DNA of 64,000 bases from Alkalispirochaeta sp. GTDB lineage: Bacteria; Spirochaetota; Spirochaetia; DSM-27196; Alkalispirochaetaceae. Below, piece after piece: positions 20,715 through 31,100 of this stretch (positions within the stretch are counted from its first letter, which is position 1; every line of letters begins with the position of its first letter). The stretch is taken from assembly GCA_965601925.1 (NCBI GenBank), contig OZ271854.1, positions 3,584,001-3,648,000 on the forward strand, read 5' to 3'. The notes beneath the pieces are model-generated. The model saw only the letters and a list, made by a program, of their open reading frames with translations, did not search any database and was not told where the DNA came from. The position numbers and the translations under genes were made by a program.

Positions 20715-21278
20715 TCAATCGCCTCCCCAGGGGCCCCTGACTATCGGGCCTATTTCATCGTATTTGTCTACGGCTACCGTACAACCAGCCTCAATCCGGC
20801 GTATCAGTTCCGTGCGAACGGCCTCGTAGTCGAACGCGCCGGAAGCGACGGGATTGTATTTACCCAAAGCGGCATCGATTTGAACGTCGCGCTTGTAATC
20901 ATCAAGCATATTGAGTGCGAGCAACGCCATCCCCCGGTCGATAACCGCCGCGTCGCCGCCGCGAAAGTTCATGATCAGCCGTAGCCGGTCGAGGATATCG
21001 CCGTCGTCGGTGGTATCGGCGTTGAAGAAGGGCTTGGTCTCGCGGATCGAGAGTAGGTATGTGCCGAGGTGCGCTACGGCGGTACGGGCGGGCTGATCGC
21101 ATCCGGCGAGAAAGGGAATCGCCGCGATGAGCTTGGCAACCGGCTTCTTCCGGAGCCACTCGAGCTCCTTCGTATCCATGCGAAAGGCGCTACCGACAGC
21201 CTCTGCGATCTCCGGCCACTGTTCCGAGAAGCCGCGCGACGATTGAACAACGGTGTTGGTGGAAGCGTGATGTGACAT
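20715..21278 (-). CDS. Hypothetical helical Asp-rich protein co-transcribed with the kinase
   Basis: GGAGGT RBS before MSHHAS; 187 aa; DDGD and NMLDDYKRD..D...GKYNP motifs; C-terminal PWGGD. Confidence 0.8.
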   Translation of the reverse strand: MSHHASTNTVVQSSRGFSEQWPEIAEAVGSAFRMDTKELEWLRKKPVAKLIAAIPFLAGCDQPARTAVAHLGTYLLSIRETKPFFNADTTDDGDILDRLRLIMNFRGGDAAVIDRGMALLALNMLDDYKRDVQIDAALGKYNPVASGAFDYEAVRTELIRRIEAGCTVAVDKYDEIGPIVRGPWGGD

Positions 21279-21344
21279 TGAGTAAATACCTCCGGAAAGC
21301 AATGATGTAGTGTGGTGAGAAACTTTGATGATAAACGCGATCTA

Positions 21345-21373
21345 ACAGTAATAGACGTAGCTGGCCAAGTCAA
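21345..21373 (-). promoter_or_regulatory. Sigma70-type promoter of the hypothetical-kinase operon
   Basis: Minus strand TTGACT-17 nt-TACTGT. Confidence 0.55.
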
Positions 21374-21526
21374 TGAGAAATAGTAGCATTGGATACCCGT
21401 TATGGATATTCATAATTGTGTGGACTCACGACGTGTGCGATTGTCTATCGTGCGATATCGATCTTTGTGATACGGTAGTATAGATTCCAACGTGTGGGTT
21501 GCGTAGGAAACCAGGGAAAAGTGCAG

Positions 21527-22075
21527 ATGAACATGGCGAAGGTCCCATACGGAGCGATCATTGGAGTCGTCCTCTTGATCGCATCGGCCGGGTGCGACAC
21601 GGGAAACGATGGGAACGGTGGATCGGCTTACGAGTTCATCGAGCGCGAGCTCCAGGGTGTGCACTCAGCAACGGCGTGGGTACTCGCTTCGGGATACGCC
21701 GAGGATTGGGTGGGAGCACAGTGGTCAATTCGGCTGTATGATATCGAGCCGACCGACGGGATCGATCCGTGGGCTCTCGGCGCGTATCCGTTTAGTGGGT
21801 ATCGCAACGTCTTTTTCGATGTTCCCAAAGAACCCGACACCGGTTTGTACGAGTTGAGCTTCAGTTTTTCCGACGACGACTTCACGGTGACCTTTTACGA
21901 TCCGGCGGAAAATCTGAACGTGATTGCGGACGAAGGTGCGGTTGAGATACTCGAAATCGACACCGTCGGCGGCACGATCCGCGGGCGTATGCACGTCTGG
22001 GCAAGCGCCGACCGCTCCGGGTACACGATAAACGGCAACTTCTCGGTTTCCATCAACCCCGACGATCTTCCGTAG
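21527..22075 (+). CDS. Hypothetical lipoprotein
   Basis: Hydrophobic signal ending IASAGC, G/N/D-rich linker, beta-rich domain. Confidence 0.72.
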   Translation: MNMAKVPYGAIIGVVLLIASAGCDTGNDGNGGSAYEFIERELQGVHSATAWVLASGYAEDWVGAQWSIRLYDIEPTDGIDPWALGAYPFSGYRNVFFDVPKEPDTGLYELSFSFSDDDFTVTFYDPAENLNVIADEGAVEILEIDTVGGTIRGRMHVWASADRSGYTINGNFSVSINPDDLP

Positions 22076-22434
22076 CGACCGTTATTACACGGCGCTCTCT
22101 ACCGGTCCGTGCATCATAGTCGATAGACGCCTGTCCCCGTTCTTTGTCGCGCGCCGTTGCGTAATCACCGGATCGGCGCATCGCGCAAACGAGCGCGAGG
22201 GATTGGCGGGAGCGTGAAGCGCGTCTCGCGGACGGCGAGACCGGAGTGGCGCACGGCGTTCGCATATCGCGGCCTCCCGGGCGGAGTGTGAATTGAGTAG
22301 ACCGCCGGTTCAGCCGCGGAGCCTTGGAAAGCCCGGTCCCCGCCTCCCCGCGATCTCGGCATACGGCTTACCGTGGCGGGAACGCTGCGGCCGTCGGGCC
22401 GGCCGCACGAGAAGAAGGACGGGGAAGAGCCGCG

Positions 22435-24075
22435 CTATTCCTTCGCGCTCTCCCTCACCACGGCGTTGTAGTAGAACTCGATCGAATCGATGAGCGCCTC
22501 CCAACTCGCCTCGACGATGTTCTCGTTGACGCCCACGGTATCCCAGCTCCGTTCGTGGTCGCTGAAGGTGACGAAGACGCGTACTTTGGCTCCGGCGCCG
22601 CTCTCCGGGTTGAGGACGCGGACGCGATAGTCGGTGAGGGTAATCTTTTCGAGCCACGGAAAGACCGGTGCCAGCGCATCGCGCAGTGCGTGGTCGAGCG
22701 TGTCTACCGGTCCCACACAGACCGCGGCGCCCATGAGCTCGCGCTCGTCGGACCGCAAGAAGATCCTGCCGACCGTCTTTGAGGGTGCGTCGGCGCTCTT
22801 ATAACTCTCCAGGTGGTAGTTTCTGAGCGCTACGAGGGGCGTGTAGAGTTTGAGGGCGCGGCGGACTAACAGATCGAAGCTCGCTTCGGCCGCCTCGTAC
22901 TCGTACCCGTCGTTTTCCTTTTGCTTGAGGAGCATGGTCAGCTCGTCGACCACCGCCGAGCTCTTCGTGAAGTCGCCGTACTCGCGCAGTTTCTCCACGA
23001 CCGTTGATTTGCCGGCGAGCTCCGAGAGTACGATGTGGCGCTCGTTACCCACCAAGCTTCCGTCGATATGCTCCATGAGGTGGGCCGCCTTCGTGATGAC
23101 GTCGGCGTGCTGTCCCGCCTTATGGCTGAACGCCGCGTCACCGACGTACGGCTGGCGCCGGTCGGGGATGATGTTGGCCTTCTCCGCGACGAACCGCGAG
23201 AGGTGGGTGAGGTGACTCACTTGATCCCGACAGTGAACGCGATAGCGCGTCTTGAGGGCGATGTTGGGAATGAAGGTGCATAGGTTGGCGTTGCCGCAGC
23301 GCTCGCCCCATCCGTTGATCGTGCCTTGAATGTGCATCGCACCGCCGTCGACGGCGACCATGCTGTTGGCGACCGCTACACCGCAATCGTTGTGGAAGTG
23401 ACCGCCCAAGGGGGCAAGGTCGGCTTGGGGCAGTCCCTCGACGATCCCGGCGACCTCTTGGGGGAGCGTGCCGCCGTTGGTGTCGCAGAGGATCAGGCAA
23501 TCGGCCCCCGCTTCGCTTCCCGCTTGAAGCACGCGTAGCGCGTAGGCCGGATCGTCCTTGTAACCGTCGAAAAAGTGTTCCAGATCGAAAAAAACCTCGC
23601 GATCCTGAGACTTCAAAAAGCGGATCGAGTCGTAGATCATGCGGAGGTTCTCCTCCTCGTCGGTTCTGAGCACCTTGTCGACGTGCGCTTTCCACGTTTT
23701 ACCGACTACGATGACCGTCGGGGTCTCGGCGTCCAACAGTGCGCGGATCATGGGGTCGGTATGCGCCTCTCCTCCCGGTTTGCGGGTCGAGCCGAACGCG
23801 ACTACTCGGGCGTGATGGAGCGTTTCGGTGCGCATCTGCTTGAAGAATGCCGCCTCTTTCTCATTTGAGAGGGGGAACCCGCCTTCGATGTAATCGATCT
23901 TCATGTCGTCGAGGGCGTGGGCGATCTTGATTTTGTCGTCGAGCGTATAGTTGACCTGGATCCCCTGCATCCCGTCGCGTAGCGTCGTGTCGTACACAAC
24001 GATCGTTCGCCCCTCGTCGCCGACCGACGGGACTGCGTCGCCCCGCGCTCCGCTCGCTGCTTTTCGGTTACTCAT
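22435..24075 (-). CDS. cimA: Citramalate synthase
   Basis: YDTTLRDGMQG, DYIEGGFP, FDLEHFFDGYK, HFHNDCG, GERCGNANL, AFSHKAG, TVGVNENIVEASWEAL; GGAGGAGG RBS before MSNRK. Confidence 0.9.
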   Translation of the reverse strand: MSNRKAASGARGDAVPSVGDEGRTIVVYDTTLRDGMQGIQVNYTLDDKIKIAHALDDMKIDYIEGGFPLSNEKEAAFFKQMRTETLHHARVVAFGSTRKPGGEAHTDPMIRALLDAETPTVIVVGKTWKAHVDKVLRTDEEENLRMIYDSIRFLKSQDREVFFDLEHFFDGYKDDPAYALRVLQAGSEAGADCLILCDTNGGTLPQEVAGIVEGLPQADLAPLGGHFHNDCGVAVANSMVAVDGGAMHIQGTINGWGERCGNANLCTFIPNIALKTRYRVHCRDQVSHLTHLSRFVAEKANIIPDRRQPYVGDAAFSHKAGQHADVITKAAHLMEHIDGSLVGNERHIVLSELAGKSTVVEKLREYGDFTKSSAVVDELTMLLKQKENDGYEYEAAEASFDLLVRRALKLYTPLVALRNYHLESYKSADAPSKTVGRIFLRSDERELMGAAVCVGPVDTLDHALRDALAPVFPWLEKITLTDYRVRVLNPESGAGAKVRVFVTFSDHERSWDTVGVNENIVEASWEALIDSIEFYYNAVVRESAKE

Positions 24076-24131
24076 TGGTGGACCTCCTCCTCTTGTCTCT
24101 CTCTCGCCTGCGTCATCAAACCGTACGAGAT

Positions 24132-24166
24132 AAAAAAAAGCCGTCCTCCCTGCGGAAGGACGGCTT
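24132..24166 (-). terminator. Attenuator terminator upstream of cimA
   Basis: Minus strand AAGCCGTCCT-TCCGCAGGG-AGGACGGC-TTTTTTTT, about 57 nt before the cimA start. Confidence 0.88.
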
Positions 24167-24188
24167 CTTCTCCGACTGTATGTACAGC

Positions 24189-24281
24189 CTATCCTTCCGT
24201 GTGCACGTATGGCGCTCCAATAATAATGAACAGGCCGAGAATGGTTATAATGATGAGTCTTACGGTCGGAAACATCCGCAT
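24189..24281 (-). CDS. Ile-rich leader peptide of the cimA attenuator (30 aa)
   Basis: MRMFPTVRLIIITILGLFIIIGAPYVHTEG*, 7 Ile codons; stop overlaps the antiterminator arm. Confidence 0.8.
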   Translation of the reverse strand: MRMFPTVRLIIITILGLFIIIGAPYVHTEG

Positions 24282-24290
24282 ATCCGGAAT

Positions 24291-24319
24291 AGAATCGGGA
24301 ATCGGACACGATATGTCAA
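24291..24319 (-). promoter_or_regulatory. Promoter for the cimA leader
   Basis: Minus strand TTGACA-17 nt-GATTCT just upstream of the leader ATG. Confidence 0.5.
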
Positions 24320-24451
24320 GTCCGAATCGTCGCGAATCGGTGATTTGCCACCCTTTCTCCACGATTGCGATGGATGTTACGCCAAAAAGTGTGCCCGATC
24401 GCGACCATTTACACCAAATTGCCGCTTTTTCCGATATATTTGGATGTAGCT

Positions 24452-26176
24452 ATGGATCGTTCCGCCGTGTTTGATCGGTTGAGTGAACAGCTCGCCGACG
24501 AAGATCGCCGACATATGCTCGCCTCGATTCGAAAGTCGATGGAGAGCGAGGCGGCGCCCCTCGCCCCCGAGTCGGAACCCGATCCGCTACCGGTTGAGAA
24601 TCAAATCGAGTTGCTCGGATTCTGGAAGCGCTTTCTACTCATTCTTGCGCAACTGTTCATCGGCCGCGACCGGGAGGAGACGGTAAAGCAATGGATGCTT
24701 CGCGATCTCGAGCAGCAGATTCAAAGGACCGGAGGGGATGCGGTCGATGTCCGCCGCCGTGCCTTTCGCGAATCCTTTGCGGTCGATCTTGAGGCGCTCG
24801 CCGAGTGTTCGGCGGCTCTGGAGCCGGTGATGCGCAACGTTATCCGCCGGAGAACGGAACTCGTCTTGACTCTGGCGATGTACTTTTTCCCCGGGATTCA
24901 CCGTGAGCTGTTACATCGCACCGGCGAAGGCTACATCGCGTCCCTCAACGAGGAGAGCGAGCGGTATCTCAAGCGGCGCCTCTCGGATTATCTCGACGAT
25001 GCGATGAACGACATTCCCCCGGAACATCGCTCGGCCATGAGAAACGCCCTTGCTCAAGCGGACATGCTCATGCGCTTGCTTTCGTTCTCTTATCGTTCGA
25101 TGCTGAACTCCTTCGACGATATGGCCGATCCCACCGCCAGGCAGTGCGCATTTGACTATCTCAGTCGCAGTCTGGTCGATTTATACGAGACGCTTTCGGC
25201 GTTTCACGCTCCCCTCGATCTGACCTTGCTCGAAACGATCGTATTGTTTGCCAACGAAGACGAACGACGCGACGAGGGCCCGGTCGAAGAGGAGGAGTTT
25301 CAGGAAGCGGTGCGGTCGGGGTTGGAGGAACTGCTGGATGGGTTGCGAACGTTCCGTAGCTTTGCCGCTCGCTATCCGCTGCTCAAAGTGATTCGGCTTG
25401 TCCGCGAGGATCCGTGGTGGAACCACCACGTCGAGTCGGGCGGGGAGGATTGGTTCGCTCTGTATCGCGCCTTTTTCGTAGATCGCATCCAGCGGCAAGT
25501 CCTGCGCGTCTCCCTCCACAACCAGTTGCGCAAGTATCTCTCCGATCTCAGCGAGTTGTGCGGCCCGACGCTACGGCCGCTGGAAGGGTTGCCCGCCGGC
25601 GACATGGGAAGCCGGACCTACCACTGGTATCTCGGCCTTGCGCTCAGAACCTTCGTCTCCACCATCTGGACGTCGGTGTTACCCCATTTACGCATTATTC
25701 TCACCAGCGGAGAGTTCTATAAGAGTTCCAATCGCGCGCAGTTCAACGACGCCTACAACGAGTTTGAGCAAATTCCCGATCGCATTGAGAACCTCGAACG
25801 GAGCCTGGAGCCCGACCAAGCGTGGGGGATCGCCCTCAGTGGCGGACAGGACGCGATGCATCGCGAGAAGATGGCGCGGCGGATCGATCAGGAGCTACAG
25901 CAGATCGCCAAGGAGGCGCGTATCACACTCGAGTCTCTCGTCAATCTCTTGGGTGGTATTCTCTACGCACGGCCCGGTAGCTCCTACGACACCATCGCCA
26001 ATTTCGGCCAGATCGGCGGTAGGCGCAATGCAGAACTCGTCGACGAGCTGAAGGAGAGTCACCATCGCTTGGCCGGGTTCCTCGGCGTGATGGGCGAGAT
26101 CGACGCCGTTGAGCGACGCGCCATCGAACACAATATCAGTGTGGAACTGGGTCTCCGCTCTCCCACCGCGACATAA
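24452..26176 (+). CDS. Conserved spirochaete helical protein (DUF5312-like)
   Basis: Long ORF; GGEDWF, GEFYKSSNRAQFNDAY, GILY..PGSSYDTIAN motifs recalled for this family. Confidence 0.65.
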   Translation: MDRSAVFDRLSEQLADEDRRHMLASIRKSMESEAAPLAPESEPDPLPVENQIELLGFWKRFLLILAQLFIGRDREETVKQWMLRDLEQQIQRTGGDAVDVRRRAFRESFAVDLEALAECSAALEPVMRNVIRRRTELVLTLAMYFFPGIHRELLHRTGEGYIASLNEESERYLKRRLSDYLDDAMNDIPPEHRSAMRNALAQADMLMRLLSFSYRSMLNSFDDMADPTARQCAFDYLSRSLVDLYETLSAFHAPLDLTLLETIVLFANEDERRDEGPVEEEEFQEAVRSGLEELLDGLRTFRSFAARYPLLKVIRLVREDPWWNHHVESGGEDWFALYRAFFVDRIQRQVLRVSLHNQLRKYLSDLSELCGPTLRPLEGLPAGDMGSRTYHWYLGLALRTFVSTIWTSVLPHLRIILTSGEFYKSSNRAQFNDAYNEFEQIPDRIENLERSLEPDQAWGIALSGGQDAMHREKMARRIDQELQQIAKEARITLESLVNLLGGILYARPGSSYDTIANFGQIGGRRNAELVDELKESHHRLAGFLGVMGEIDAVERRAIEHNISVELGLRSPTAT

Positions 26177-26250
26177 CGCCGCGTCATCGGATCGATCGTT
26201 TACTCTAATGGGCTGACGAGGGGGCGCGTCATAGGCTATCGTGCCAGTCT

Positions 26251-27993
26251 ATGAAGCAGCACTGGACTTTTTGGAAGCCACTGGTAATCGCCGCCCTCGC
26301 CGAAGTGGCGGGAAACGCGGCTGATCGCGATACACTGGTGTCGGCGCTTCTTGTAGAGACGCCCCCGGATACGACGAAGGGCGACATCGCCTTTCCGCTA
26401 TTTCCCTTTGCCCGCTTACTCAAGCGTAACCCGACCCAGATTGCAGCCGCGGTAGCCGAGCGACTCTCCGAGAACGAGGCGATAGGCGACGCGCGCGTCG
26501 AGGCGGCCGGCCCGTATGTGAACGTCTTTCTCGATCGTGGTCGCGTCGCCGCGGAGATCATAAATGCCGTCCTCGCGGCCGAGGACTCCTACGGTAACGG
26601 CTCGGCCCTCGCCGGGCAGCGTGTCATGATCGAGTTCAGCGGCCCCAACACCAACAAACCTCTCCATCTCGGTCACTTGCGCAACGACGCGCTGGGCGAG
26701 AGCGTCTCACGACTCTTGCACGCCGCCGGCGCCGAGGTGCGGAAGGTTAACATCGTCAACGATCGCGGTATCCATATATGTAAGTCGATGCTCGCCTACA
26801 AGCGCTTCGGTAATGGAAGTACTCCGGAGAGCGAAGGGAAGAAACCCGACCATTTCGTCGGCGACTACTATGTGCGCTATGCGCAGTGGGAGAAGGAGGA
26901 ACCCGGCGCCGAGGCTGAAGCGCGCGCAATGCTCGAGGCGTGGGAGGCCGGCGACGCGGAGACGCAGGAGCTGTGGCGGCGCATGAACGACTGGGCGGTT
27001 ACCGGCATCAAAGAGACGTATCGGCGCACCGGCGTCTCCTTCGACGATACGTACTACGAGAGTAAGACGTACGCATTGGGCCGAGAGGAGGTCCTGAAAG
27101 GGCTGGAACAAGGGGTTTTTTTCCGCGACGAGAAGGAGACTGTGTGGGTCGATCTCACCGATATCGAACTCGACAAGAAGGTGCTTCTCCGCGGCGACGG
27201 CACATCGCTGTACCTAACGCAGGATATCGGTACCGCCATCCGGCGTTACGAGGACTGGCCCTTCGACGCGCTTATCTACATTGTGGGGTCTGAGCAGCGT
27301 TACCACTTCCAGGTACTTTTCGAGGTGCTGAAGAGACTCGGTAAGAAATGGGCGGGTAACCTGTATCACCTCGCCTACGGCATGGTAAATCTTCCGGACG
27401 GGAAGATGAAATCGCGTGAGGGCACCATCGTCGACGCCGACGATCTCGTCGATAGCTTGGCCGCCATGGCGGAGGAGGAGATCCGCTCCAAGGGGCGCGA
27501 AGAGCACGTAGAGGACGTGGTCGGCACGGCGGAGAAAATCGCGCTCGCAGCGCTGCATTACTATCTCCTACAGACCGGACCGGTTAAGGACATGGTATTC
27601 AATCCCAAGGAGTCGCTGTCGTTCTCGGGCAATACGGGACCCTATCTTCAATACGTCGGGGCGCGCATCTCCAGTATGCTTCGTAAGGAGAGGGCCCCCG
27701 ATACCGCCTCGCCGCGTCGTCCCGACTCGGAGGAGGAGTGGCAGCTCATTCATCGTCTCGCGGAGTATCCGCACGTCGTGGTGGACGCCGCGGTGAATCG
27801 CAATCCGTCGATGGTGGCGGGATTCTTGTACGAGACCGCAAAGACCTTCTCTCGTTTTTATCACGACCATCCGATCGCCGTCGCAGAGGACGCATCGCAG
27901 AGAGAGTTCCGCCTCGCTTTGTCCCGTGCCGTGGTCAATGTCATGCAAAATGGGCTCTATCTCCTCAACATGCCGTTTGTAGAGGCTATGTAA
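26251..27993 (+). CDS. argS: Arginyl-tRNA synthetase
   Basis: EFSGPNTNKPLHLGHLRN (HIGH-type), GKMKSREG, GNTGPYLQY. Confidence 0.97.
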   Translation: MKQHWTFWKPLVIAALAEVAGNAADRDTLVSALLVETPPDTTKGDIAFPLFPFARLLKRNPTQIAAAVAERLSENEAIGDARVEAAGPYVNVFLDRGRVAAEIINAVLAAEDSYGNGSALAGQRVMIEFSGPNTNKPLHLGHLRNDALGESVSRLLHAAGAEVRKVNIVNDRGIHICKSMLAYKRFGNGSTPESEGKKPDHFVGDYYVRYAQWEKEEPGAEAEARAMLEAWEAGDAETQELWRRMNDWAVTGIKETYRRTGVSFDDTYYESKTYALGREEVLKGLEQGVFFRDEKETVWVDLTDIELDKKVLLRGDGTSLYLTQDIGTAIRRYEDWPFDALIYIVGSEQRYHFQVLFEVLKRLGKKWAGNLYHLAYGMVNLPDGKMKSREGTIVDADDLVDSLAAMAEEEIRSKGREEHVEDVVGTAEKIALAALHYYLLQTGPVKDMVFNPKESLSFSGNTGPYLQYVGARISSMLRKERAPDTASPRRPDSEEEWQLIHRLAEYPHVVVDAAVNRNPSMVAGFLYETAKTFSRFYHDHPIAVAEDASQREFRLALSRAVVNVMQNGLYLLNMPFVEAM

Positions 27994-28080
27994 TACGAAA
28001 ATGTAGTACGAAACGGTAGGTTATCCTACCAAAATGTATTTCTTACATTTTGGTTGTGTGAGTAATACTAAAATAAGTAG
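27994..28080. promoter_or_regulatory. Array of TAC-N6-GTA motifs upstream of gltB
   Basis: TACGAAAATGTA, TACGAAACGGTA, TACCAAAATGTA and an inverted copy forming CCAAAATGTA-tttct-TACATTTTGG. Confidence 0.55.
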
Positions 28081-28166
28081 TTCTCCGATAGCAACTTACG
28101 TTTTTTTTATTATATTGGTACGAAGATTGCATAGTGATAGAGAGCGTAAGTGCGCAAGGAGAGTTC

Positions 28167-31100
28167 ATGCTACGGAAGGTTAGGCCCGGAAAACAACTTC
28201 TCTACGATCCGCAGTTCGAGCACGATTCGTGCGGCGTCGGGTTTGTCGCCCATCTAAAGGGTGCGGCGAGTCACGACCTGATACCCAAGGCGCGGGAAAT
28301 ACTGGTCAACATGACCCACCGCGGCGCCGTGGGCGCGGAGAAAGACACCGGGGACGGGGCGGGCATTCTCACTGCGCTTCCCCACGCTCTTCTGGAGCGT
28401 ATCGCCGAGAAGGAGCTCGGAACGGACCTCCCCGAACGCGGGCGATTCGCCGCGGGTCTCTTTTTTCTACCCCAGGATAAGAGTGAGCGCACACACTGCG
28501 AGGCGGCGTTCGAGCGTATCGTGGCCGAGGAGGGACAACGCTTTCTGGGATGGCGCGACGTACCGCGGGACGGATCCGGAATCGGCCCGAGCGCGCGTGC
28601 CGCCGAGCCGGTCATTCGCCAGGCCTTCGTCGCCGCCGGGAACTCGGTCGATTCCGAGCAGTTTGAGCGAAAACTGTACGTCATTCGTAAACGAGCTACC
28701 CACACGATTCGAGGTGGGCGCCACGACGGGTCGCACTTTTTTTACATCTGTAGTCTGAGCACTCGCAACATCGTATACAAAGGAATGCTCACACCGGACC
28801 AGCTCTTTCGCTACTATCTCGATCTTTCGGACCCGCTCTACGACACGCACCTCGCCATGGTCCATAGCCGTTTCTCGACCAACACCTTTCCCAGCTGGGA
28901 CCGGGCGCAACCCTTGCGGTTCATGAGTCACAACGGGGAGATCAACACGCTCCGAGGCAATGTGAACAAGATGCGTGCTCGGGAGGGAACCCTCGAGAGC
29001 GAGCTCTTCGGCGCGGATATCAAGAAAATAATGCCGGTCATCGAGCCGGACCTCTCGGACTCGGGAAGTTTCGACAACGTGTTGGAGCTGCTGCTCCAAA
29101 GCGGGCGAGAGCTCCCGGAGGCGGTCATGATGATGGTTCCCGAGGCGTGGCAGAACCACCGCCACATGCCGGACGTCGGAAGCGCCATGTACGAGTTCAT
29201 GAGCGCCCAAATGGAACCGTGGGACGGCCCGGCGTCCATTACCTTTACCGATGGGAAGGTCATCGGTGCCGTTCTGGACCGCAACGGATTGCGACCGAGC
29301 CGGTACTATCTCACCAGCGATGACCTGGTCATCATGGCGAGTGAGGTCGGGGTGCTGCCCGTCGATCCGGCGACGGTGGTGCAGAAGGGGCGCCTGCAGC
29401 CCGGCCGTATGTTTTTAGTCGACTTCGATGAGGGGCGGATTGCCGACGATGTGGAACTCAAGAACGGCTTCGCCGCGCGGCACCCCTTCCGGCGGTGGCT
29501 CGACGAGCAACGCATCTCGATGGCATCACTCCCGGAGCCCTCGCACATCCACGGCCTTGAGAGCTCGACGATTCTCGATCGAATGCGCGCCTTCGGATTT
29601 ACGTTGGAGCACCTGAAACTGATCCTCGCTCCCATGGCGGAGAACGCCGTAGAGCCTCTCGGTTCCATGGGAAACGATACTCCGTTGGCGGTCCTTTCCG
29701 ACCGACCGCGGCTGATCTACGACTATTTCAAACAGCTGTTCGCTCAGGTCACCAACCCCCCGATCGACTCTATTCGCGAAGAGGTGATCATGAGCCTCGG
29801 TTCGTACATCGGACCGGAGGGCAACCTCCTCGTTCACAGTCCCGAAGATGCTCACCGCCTGTGGCTCGACCATCCGATTCTCAGTAACGGCCGGACGGCG
29901 CAGCTGAAGGAGATGGACCACCGGGGATGGCGGTCGAAGATCGTCGATATCACCTACCCGGTGGAGGCGGGAGAGGCGGGGCTGCAAGAGGCTCTGGAGC
30001 GCATCGCCGACGAAGTGGAAGCGGCGATAGGCGAGGGATTCAGCCTCGCGGTCCTCTCCGATCGTGCCGTGGGTGTGGAGCGCGTTCCCGTCTCGGCGCT
30101 GCTTGCCACCGGTACGGTGCACCACAGGCTCGTACGGAACCATAGTCGCACGCGGATCGGCATCGTTGTGGAGAGCGGCGAACCTCGAGAGGTGCACCAC
30201 TTCTGCACGTTGGTGGGATACGGCGCCGATGCGATCAACCCGTATCTTGCGTACGAGGCGATGTGGCACTTGAGGCGGGACGGCGAGATTCGTGACGACC
30301 TCACCGACGAGGCGATCGTGGAGGCGTACCAGTACGCGATTCAGAAGGGCATGCGTAAGGTCTTCGGCAAGATGGGGATCAGCACCTTGGAGAGCTACAA
30401 GGGAGCGCAGATCTTCGAGGCCGTCGGTCTCGCCGAGGAGGTGGTGGATTACGCCTTCGTCGGTACCTCGAGCCGTATCCAAGGCGTGGGATTTCGCCAG
30501 TTGGCCTCCGAGGCGTTGCGGCGTCATGAACTCGGATGGCCCGTCGGCAATCGAGCGATCGGCGCGGAGTATCTCAATCCCGGCGACTACCAGTGGCGCT
30601 TCGGCGGAGAGAAGCATATGTGGGACCCCGAGTCGATCGCCGACCTGCAACGGGCGGCGCGCCAGGGCGATAGGGAGGCGTTCGGCCGTTTCAGTGCCCG
30701 ACAAAACCGGCGCAGCGTCGAGCAGGCGACGCTCCGGGGACTTCTCGCGTTCAAGAAGGGGAGTGCCGTTCCGATCGACGAGGTCGAACCGGTGGAGGCG
30801 ATCATGCGACGCTTCGTCACCGGGGCGATGAGTTACGGCTCTATCAGCCTGGAGGCGCACGAGACGCTTGCCCTGGCGATGAACCGCATCGGAGGCAAGT
30901 CCAACACCGGCGAGGGTGGCGAGATCCGCGCGCGCTACACGCCCCTGGCCGACGGAAGCAGCAAGCGGTCGGCGATCAAGCAGGTCGCCTCGGGGCGTTT
31001 CGGCGTCACGATCGAGTACCTCACCAACTCCGACGAGATGCAGATCAAGATGGCCCAGGGCGCCAAGCCCGGCGAGGGCGGAGAGCTTCCGGGGCACAAG

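Noticed and set aside
6134..22434. tRNA-Arg as the attachment site of an integrated element
   Set aside because: No integrase and no duplicate of the tRNA 3' end spotted downstream; the tRNA has its own intact terminator
24076..24309. ORF-track N-terminal extension of cimA
   Set aside because: It runs through the attenuator; a strong GGAGGAGG RBS supports the start at 24075
28061..28067. AGTAATA upstream of gltB as a member of the zinc regulon
   Set aside because: Single half-site in an AT-rich tract, overlapping a different repeated motif; likely chance
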